Source: Methanotrichaceae archaeon (GTDB taxonomy: Archaea; Halobacteriota; Methanosarcinia; Methanotrichales; Methanotrichaceae). From it: DNA of 64,000 nt. A program made the translations under genes and the position numbers. Location of the stretch: NCBI GenBank assembly GCA_963813075.1, contig CAWEXU010000007.1, forward strand, positions 32,001 through 96,000. The letters run 5' to 3'. Below the pieces are notes generated by a model. The model was not told where the DNA came from and made no database searches. It saw only the letters and a program-made list of their open reading frames with translations. Of the stretch, positions 56,153 through 64,000 are shown one piece after another (the stretch's first letter is position 1; every line of letters begins with the position of its first letter).

Positions 56153-56906
56153 TTGAGCATAAGATTCTTGATTCTTCCCCTGATGCTCGCATTGCTCAGC
56201 GCAGGCCTGTCTCTAGGGCAGATCGCAGATAATACAAGCATTGTGGATGATAATTCCAGCATACTGGCAGCTGAAGATCTGAACGCCACTCTGGCCTTGA
56301 ACCAGAGCGCCCCCCTGAATGGGACTGAGAATGTGACCGTTCCCGCAATCAATCTGACGCCCGCACTCTCGGGACCTAATCTGAACTACATCTGGTCGTT
56401 CTCCGGCATTGAGGCCGGCCCCATAACCATGGTTCTGGAGCAGAATGGCAGCGATCTCCTCGGCCGGGCCAAGTATGAGCCGGAGGGCGGAAAAGCCTGG
56501 AATGCCGATGTCATGGGCTCAGTTGCAGGAGATAAAGTGGACCTGACCATGAGCGCTGTGAAGGACAATGTGATGACCATCACCAGGCTGGCAGGCACCT
56601 TCGCCAATGAGTCCGTCAGCGGCAACTTCACCCAGGTGAGCGAGGGCAAGATCCTCAGCAACGGCACCTTCAATGCCATGTGGATCAATCCGGACACCTC
56701 CAGCTACACTCCGGCAACGGTCGAAGTGCCAGCAGCAGTGGTGGCGCCAGCTGCCATCGTGGATAATGCGACCACGACTGACTGAGACTGCTGCTGAAGA
56801 GGTAAAGGAAGAGAAATCAAGATTCGTCGACGTTCGTGAGTACAAAGATAAAATCGGTCCGGGCGGCGACCTGAGCGGCATTCCGCCAGGCATGAGCGGA
56901 TTGTAG
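56153..56906 (+). CDS. Secreted N-sequon-rich protein, paralog 1 (frameshift near 56780)
   Basis: Signal peptide, LNYIWS, G.AKYEP, WINPDTSSY; C-terminus in ORF 56673..56906. Confidence 0.75.
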
Positions 56907-57000
56907 AGATAAAGGATCGCCGGTGGCCTGAAAAACCGGCATATCAACTCTTTTTTTCCGGTTCCTCGCTGTTTCTTGTGGGTAATAGAATGGTCGAGTC

Positions 57001-57120
57001 CTCTGTGAGTTCTCCGTGCGCTTTGTGCCTCTCTGGTAGTAGTTCGTACACAGTGGTTATAACCAGTGGCGAGCGACGTTCCACCACAGAGACACAAAGT
57101 TCACAGAGTACGCACAGAGC
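57001..57120. repeat. MITE-like imperfect palindrome of the 9-bp-periodic family
   Basis: ctctgtgagttctccgtgcgctttgtgcctctctggt ... accacagagacacaaagttcacagagtacgcacagag. Confidence 0.8.
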
Positions 57121-57269
57121 GCCTAACCAAGAACTGGAAAATCATAGAAACCTCTGGTTAGCCACAGGAAATAGCGAAAAACCTTTTTTCCTCTATCCAA
57201 AGGAAGGCATCACCAAGGAACCTGGGATGCTTTATAGTAAAATAATGATAATAGGATAGCTAAGGTAGA

Positions 57270-59257
<1,988 letters not shown>

Positions 59258-59355
59258 TCACTCCCAGATTATCTCTCTTGCAGTATAATCCTTTGCCAGC
59301 ATCTTAGGCCAGGATCAGGCAAAAGGTGATATAATTTCCAGACAAATTCTTTTCA

Positions 59356-60285
59356 ATGGCACTGGTGATAGGCCACCGCACAGCCTGCGCGCTGGCCGCA
59401 GAAAACAGCCTGGAGGGCATAAGAGCAGCGAAATCCTGCCTGGCGGATTATGTCCATATGGATGTGAGGCTCACTAAGGACGGCAAGCTCGTGCTGATGC
59501 ATGATGAGAGCGTGGACAGGACTACAGAGGGCAAGGGAATGGTCCAGGATCTGGACTATAAGGAAATCAAGTCCATCCATATCAAGTCACTCCATACCGG
59601 AAATGAGCCGGTCCCCACACTGAGAGAGGCTCTATCCCTGGCAGAAGAGCTGGAGCTGGGGGTGGTGGTGGAGATGAAAGAGGAGGGCCTCGAAGCCCTG
59701 GTGGCAGATGCCGTTCCGAAGGAAAAGAGTATCATCACCTCCTCTTATCACGCCAGCCTGCGCGAGATCAAGGACATCTCCGACCTTAAAACCGGAATCA
59801 TCATAACCTCACTGCCCATAAAGCCGGTGGAGCTGGCCTTATGGGCAGAAGCTGATGCCATATTTCCCAGGAGAGTTAATCCTCGTTTTTTCAAGGAGGC
59901 GCATCAGCAGGGCCTTGAGGTCTATCCGGGGGTGGTCAACACGGTGGAACAGGCGGCCTGGCTTCTGCGTCTGGGAGCGGACGGCCTCTTAACGGACGAT
60001 CCCTGTCTCATAAAAGAGGCGCTGGATCAGCCGGTCAAGGCCACGGGGAGGGCCAATTGCGAATATTATCCCTGCCACCACTTCGAGGATCAGGATTGCA
60101 CCCACTGCTTCTGTCCCCTGTATCCCTGCAAGGACGAGGATCTGGGCAAGTTTGTGAGAACGAAGAGGGGGAAGAGGTTCTGGAGCTGCATCGACTGTAA
60201 GCTCGTCCACCGGCCAAATGTGGCAAAATATCTGGCCGCCCACCCAGAATCGACTACGGAAGAGCTTAAAGCCCTTAGAGACTGA
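59356..60285 (+). CDS. Glycerophosphodiester phosphodiesterase-fold protein fused to a cysteine-rich small domain
   Basis: GHR..EN..DVRLTKDG..MHD..RTT, TDDP; C-terminal CEYYPCH..C..CFCPLYPC..WSC..C..H. Confidence 0.85.
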   Translation: MALVIGHRTACALAAENSLEGIRAAKSCLADYVHMDVRLTKDGKLVLMHDESVDRTTEGKGMVQDLDYKEIKSIHIKSLHTGNEPVPTLREALSLAEELELGVVVEMKEEGLEALVADAVPKEKSIITSSYHASLREIKDISDLKTGIIITSLPIKPVELALWAEADAIFPRRVNPRFFKEAHQQGLEVYPGVVNTVEQAAWLLRLGADGLLTDDPCLIKEALDQPVKATGRANCEYYPCHHFEDQDCTHCFCPLYPCKDEDLGKFVRTKRGKRFWSCIDCKLVHRPNVAKYLAAHPESTTEELKALRD

Positions 60286-60390
60286 TCAGACGACTCAGAT
60301 CCAAAGCACCTCGTATCGCCGTTAATGCTTTGGAATATAGCTCTTACCGACGGAAAGCTTTATGGATACCTGCGGGATAATGCAGACCTC

Positions 60391-60816
60391 ATGAGACATA
60401 TTATGCTTGTACTGATTGCTCTGATTGCTCTGGTCGGGCTTATGCCGGGCGGCATGGGCAAGGATGCTGCGCCGTTTGAAATGACAACATTTAATGAAGC
60501 AGGTGATGCATCTATATTGACCACTCCTTCTATAGCTGCCTTCCTAAACGACAGCTGGGTGCCAACTGGATTTGTCGCTCCCTCTGCAAGCGCTCCTCTG
60601 TATAAAAAGAAATCACTCAGCAATAACACCACCAACTCCACATATGCCATTTATGACTTCCTGCAGAACGAAACCAATACCACAAACAATGCCACCCTGG
60701 AGAACTATATGGTAAAAGGCGGCAGCATATATCAGTTCCTGAAGGACAACTGGACCTCTTCCACCCCGGTTCAGGTCATCAAGACCGCTCCATTCACCAA
60801 GGGCAAAATGAGCTAA
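60391..60816 (+). CDS. Secreted hypothetical protein with internal (S/A)I..FL.(D/N) repeats
   Basis: Signal peptide from MRHIML, many NxT/S sequons. Confidence 0.65.
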   Translation: MRHIMLVLIALIALVGLMPGGMGKDAAPFEMTTFNEAGDASILTTPSIAAFLNDSWVPTGFVAPSASAPLYKKKSLSNNTTNSTYAIYDFLQNETNTTNNATLENYMVKGGSIYQFLKDNWTSSTPVQVIKTAPFTKGKMS

Positions 60817-60866
60817 AGCTCATCTTTTTCTTCTTCTTTATTTATTAGTATATTATTATTCTTTAT

Positions 60867-62624
60867 TTATGGTTTTGCTCCAGCATATCTTCTGACATTG
60901 AGGCTCACCATATCAAAGGGAATGGTGTGCCTGTCCTGTCTGATATGAGTCTGAAGCATCTGGTATTCCCTGCTATAGGATGAAGCAATCTCTTTGGCGT
61001 AGCCTATTCCCTCTGCGGTGAGCATGTACTCATACCTCTGCAGCCACTGGCCATCCATCTCATAATGCCTCTGGTCCTGATAGATCATGCCATTGGCTAC
61101 CAGGATCTGGATATCCTCAAAAAGCCTCTCGCTATAAGGAAAGCCGTATTCGGAATGAAAGGAGTAGTCGAATAGGCCGGAGAGGCCGGCAGAACCCTGA
61201 TCTCTGAGCCTGGCCACCGTCCGGTAGAGCCAGGTTATGTTTCTGATCCGGGGCACCAGGATCTTCTCGCCGTATCTCTCGGAGAGCATATTGTGCAGGG
61301 TATAAAAGAGCAGCAGCAGTCCATCGATGGGAAGATAGCTCTCAGAGCGGATAAAGGTCAGAAGCTTCGACGCCTGCTCTTTCACCACCTCGAGGGATAT
61401 GTTTGGCTGATCATCAGAGAAGAAGGATATGGCGATTTGGCGGGTTAGCGACTTGACCAGTCCCGCCGCCAGTGCGGATTCATCATAAAGAAAGCCGCCT
61501 GTCTGGGTCCTCATAGAGCGGGGCACTCCGCTGCCAGAGGTGATGCTCACAAAAGCCCCATACTTTTTAGAAAGAGTATCCTCGAAGAGCTTTCTCATCC
61601 TCCCGTGGCGGGATATGGTGGATAGAGCCATCCTGATATCCGGAGCTAGAGAGCGATGGTCGAACCTGGCAGCCAGCGGATACTCCCTGCCAAATTTTAT
61701 CCTCTGCAGTAGATCGCGGGAGACATCATCCCCCTTCTCCCAGATGAACCGCAACAGGTCTGGATCGGTGTACTCCTGGAAGAACAGCATTATCCTCTTC
61801 TGGGCGTCTTCCTGATCCATTCTGGCCAGAGCGTTCTCCAGAGCGGTGAGGAGCATAGCCCTTATCGACTGGACAGAAGGGTGATAGATCAGAGCATTGT
61901 AGTGATGGGCTCTGGCGACTAGCATCGATTCTGCCGCCGTCTGGGACATCTCCGCCTGGTAGTCTCCCCGGCCGGCCAGAGTTATTCTCCCATTGCATAT
62001 GATGAGGGACTCTAGGATCTGGTCCGTATCCACCAGGCCCAGGGATACGCCGGAGTGGTGGGAGTCTCTGAGCAGAAAATCCACTCTGTCCGCATCCAGG
62101 TCGCCCACTATGATCTGGCCCAGTGGGGGCAGCTTTCCCTGAGCGATGTCTGCAATCTCGGCAAATAGCCTGTCCGCATCGCCAAAATCCCTTTCTGCTA
62201 TCCTTATGGCCTCTTCGCCGAAAGGATGGCAGGAGATTATTTCTCTGGTGAACTCCTCGTGCCTGGAGGCCCTTTTGCCTTTTAGCTGAGGCTGGACCTC
62301 GGGGTTGCGTCCCAGGACCCCCTCCACGGCATGAGAGAGGGCGGAATGGCCCAGGTCGTGGAGCAGTCCCGCCAGGCGGACCTTGCGGACGTCATCTGCA
62401 GATAGGTCCAGGTGCTCGGCCATTCTGCCGGCCATATGCATGGTTCCCAGGGAATGCTCAAATCTGGTGTGGTTCGCCCCGGGATAGACCGCTTCCACCA
62501 GGCCCAGCTGCTTTATCCCTTTAAGCCTTTGCACCGGCCGGGATCGGATGACCTGCCACTCCAGCTCATCTGTCTGGATTGTGCCATGTACTGGATCGCG
62601 AATGGCACCTCTTGCGATCTTCAC
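60867..62624 (-). CDS. HD-domain dNTP triphosphohydrolase-like protein with C-terminal winged-helix-like extension
   Basis: IRDPVHG, QRL..IKQLG, HTRFEHSLG, LLHDLGH, DADRVDFLLRD. Confidence 0.9.
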   Translation of the reverse strand: MKIARGAIRDPVHGTIQTDELEWQVIRSRPVQRLKGIKQLGLVEAVYPGANHTRFEHSLGTMHMAGRMAEHLDLSADDVRKVRLAGLLHDLGHSALSHAVEGVLGRNPEVQPQLKGKRASRHEEFTREIISCHPFGEEAIRIAERDFGDADRLFAEIADIAQGKLPPLGQIIVGDLDADRVDFLLRDSHHSGVSLGLVDTDQILESLIICNGRITLAGRGDYQAEMSQTAAESMLVARAHHYNALIYHPSVQSIRAMLLTALENALARMDQEDAQKRIMLFFQEYTDPDLLRFIWEKGDDVSRDLLQRIKFGREYPLAARFDHRSLAPDIRMALSTISRHGRMRKLFEDTLSKKYGAFVSITSGSGVPRSMRTQTGGFLYDESALAAGLVKSLTRQIAISFFSDDQPNISLEVVKEQASKLLTFIRSESYLPIDGLLLLFYTLHNMLSERYGEKILVPRIRNITWLYRTVARLRDQGSAGLSGLFDYSFHSEYGFPYSERLFEDIQILVANGMIYQDQRHYEMDGQWLQRYEYMLTAEGIGYAKEIASSYSREYQMLQTHIRQDRHTIPFDMVSLNVRRYAGAKP

Positions 62625-62660
62625 AGAACCGCCTGATCCATAAACGCTCTCCGCAAGGCA

Positions 62661-62705
62661 TTATGCATTCTCATTTTATGCATTTTCATTTTATGCATTC
62701 TCATT
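62661..62705. repeat. 15-bp tandem repeat (ttatgcattctcatt) x3 including the nac stop codon
   Basis: Seen directly. Confidence 0.85.
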
Positions 62706-63093
62706 TCTGGGCTAACTGAAGTATGGCTGCTGCCAAATCACCCCCGGCCTCCAGAAGGGCGGCTTTAGCCTCCTCCGGCTTGGCCCCGGTCTGGGCAACC
62801 ACCAAATCCACATCGGATTGGGGAATCTCTATAATTTTCTCCTCTTCTGCTGCCGTTCCGGACGGAAGGCGCTCGGTGGCGTCGCCTGAGATCTGAAAGC
62901 TGCGCTGGCCGTGGGCATCCATTATCGCGACAGAAGCGTTTTGTATCACGATCTCCTTGTCGGGCATGCGGATGATGACCTCGATGACACCTTCAAGCTC
63001 ATCGATGTCTATTCCCATGTTCTTGAGCATACCCTTCATCTTCTTGGGGTTCATGCCACCCCTTCCTCCTAAACCACCTAAACCAGGAAACAT
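62701..63093 (-). CDS. nac: Archaeal nascent polypeptide-associated complex protein
   Basis: GMNPKKM..M..MGI, EVII, UBA-like DVDLV..QTG...GDLAAAI. Confidence 0.95.
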   Translation of the reverse strand: MFPGLGGLGGRGGMNPKKMKGMLKNMGIDIDELEGVIEVIIRMPDKEIVIQNASVAIMDAHGQRSFQISGDATERLPSGTAAEEEKIIEIPQSDVDLVVAQTGAKPEEAKAALLEAGGDLAAAILQLAQK

Positions 63094-63269
63094 GTTAATC
63101 ACTCCAATCCAAGGAGTCGATTATCGTAGGTAAAGATATCTGTCACTATTGTGGGCAAAAGGCGATGGAGCGATATACCTATCTCTTGGGGTTAGCTGCA
63201 GCCGAATCCAGCACCATCTTTATAAAGACCTGAAATAAAATAGCGGATCGGGGTATTAGCTTGAAAAAG

Positions 63270-63870
63270 ATGATCTCATTAATTCTGGCTCTATGTTTTG
63301 TATCCTTGATTGGGACGACATTATCTCAAAATGATAGCAGCGACTGGCGCAACCATGGCCGTCCTGAAGCAGGATAGCGGCACAAATCTCTCTTTAATGA
63401 ATATGACTCTGTACAGCGCCGCCATGGATATGGACGCATTTTCTGTGGGCGAGGCGGTTAAGTTTAAGGCCCCTTATCCCGGCTGGAAATTAAAGCAGGT
63501 AAGAATTGCAGGCTGGAACGGCTTCGATGGGAACACGACATCAATTCCTGATTCAGATAATTTCCTGATCGAGGTGAGGGATGCAGAGAAAAATCTCCTC
63601 TACAGGATGGCGGATTCCCAGAATGCTTACTTCACTTTCCCGGCCATAATTCTCCGGGGAATAGACATGCCCTCAATTCCAGTGACTGATGAATTCTATT
63701 TGATCTTTTATGATCGGGGCTCGATGTTCATAGGAATGGAGCTGGAAAATGCCACAGGCAACTCTTATTTCTATGACAGTCTGTATTCTGAACTGCTCCC
63801 AGTTGAATTCACAGACGCGAACAACGTTACAACCAAGGTCAACTGGGTCATCAGAGCGGTAGGAGAGTAA
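63270..63870 (+). CDS. Secreted hypothetical protein (frameshift near 63340)
   Basis: Signal peptide MISLILALCFVSLIG in one frame, body in ORF 63310..63870. Confidence 0.65.
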
Positions 63871-64000
63871 AAGGATTTTTCTAATTGCGGCCTGGCAGGC
63901 AAGCCAGACTGCATTCAACCTTTATTGGAAAAAAACTATTCTCATGCATCAGAATCTTTATATGGGCTCGGTTTATCTCCGATATATTGAGGTGATCATT

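Overview
Chromosomal segment of an acetoclastic methanogen, most likely Methanothrix (Methanosaeta). The evidence is three near-tandem AMP-forming acetyl-CoA synthetases, a methanogenesis marker 9 protein, an MptN-like ligase, SepCysS, archaeal RadB/NAC/DRG/HARP and a tRNA-Leu(CAA). About 18 otherwise intact genes carry single-base frameshifts, several in homopolymers, which most likely reflects long-read assembly error. Accessory material: a RelE-type TA pair between two 136-bp copies of the larA 3' end, a HicBA pair, an ABC-ATPase plus TOPRIM-like (DUF4276) pair between acs genes, and two families of dispersed non-coding repeats. Most notable: (1) a double winged-helix protein fused to a hybrid histidine kinase whose phospho-acceptor His is replaced by Tyr, next to an intact membrane hybrid kinase; (2) a roughly 100-nt structured repeat in three copies, one directly upstream of hicBA; (3) a cobT - Zn-dehydrogenase - divergent trpD operon; (4) long structured leaders on all three acs genes and one motif-degenerate acs paralog; (5) two small proteins (Zn finger, RHH) missed by the ORF track. 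All family calls come from motif recognition by eye, not database searches.
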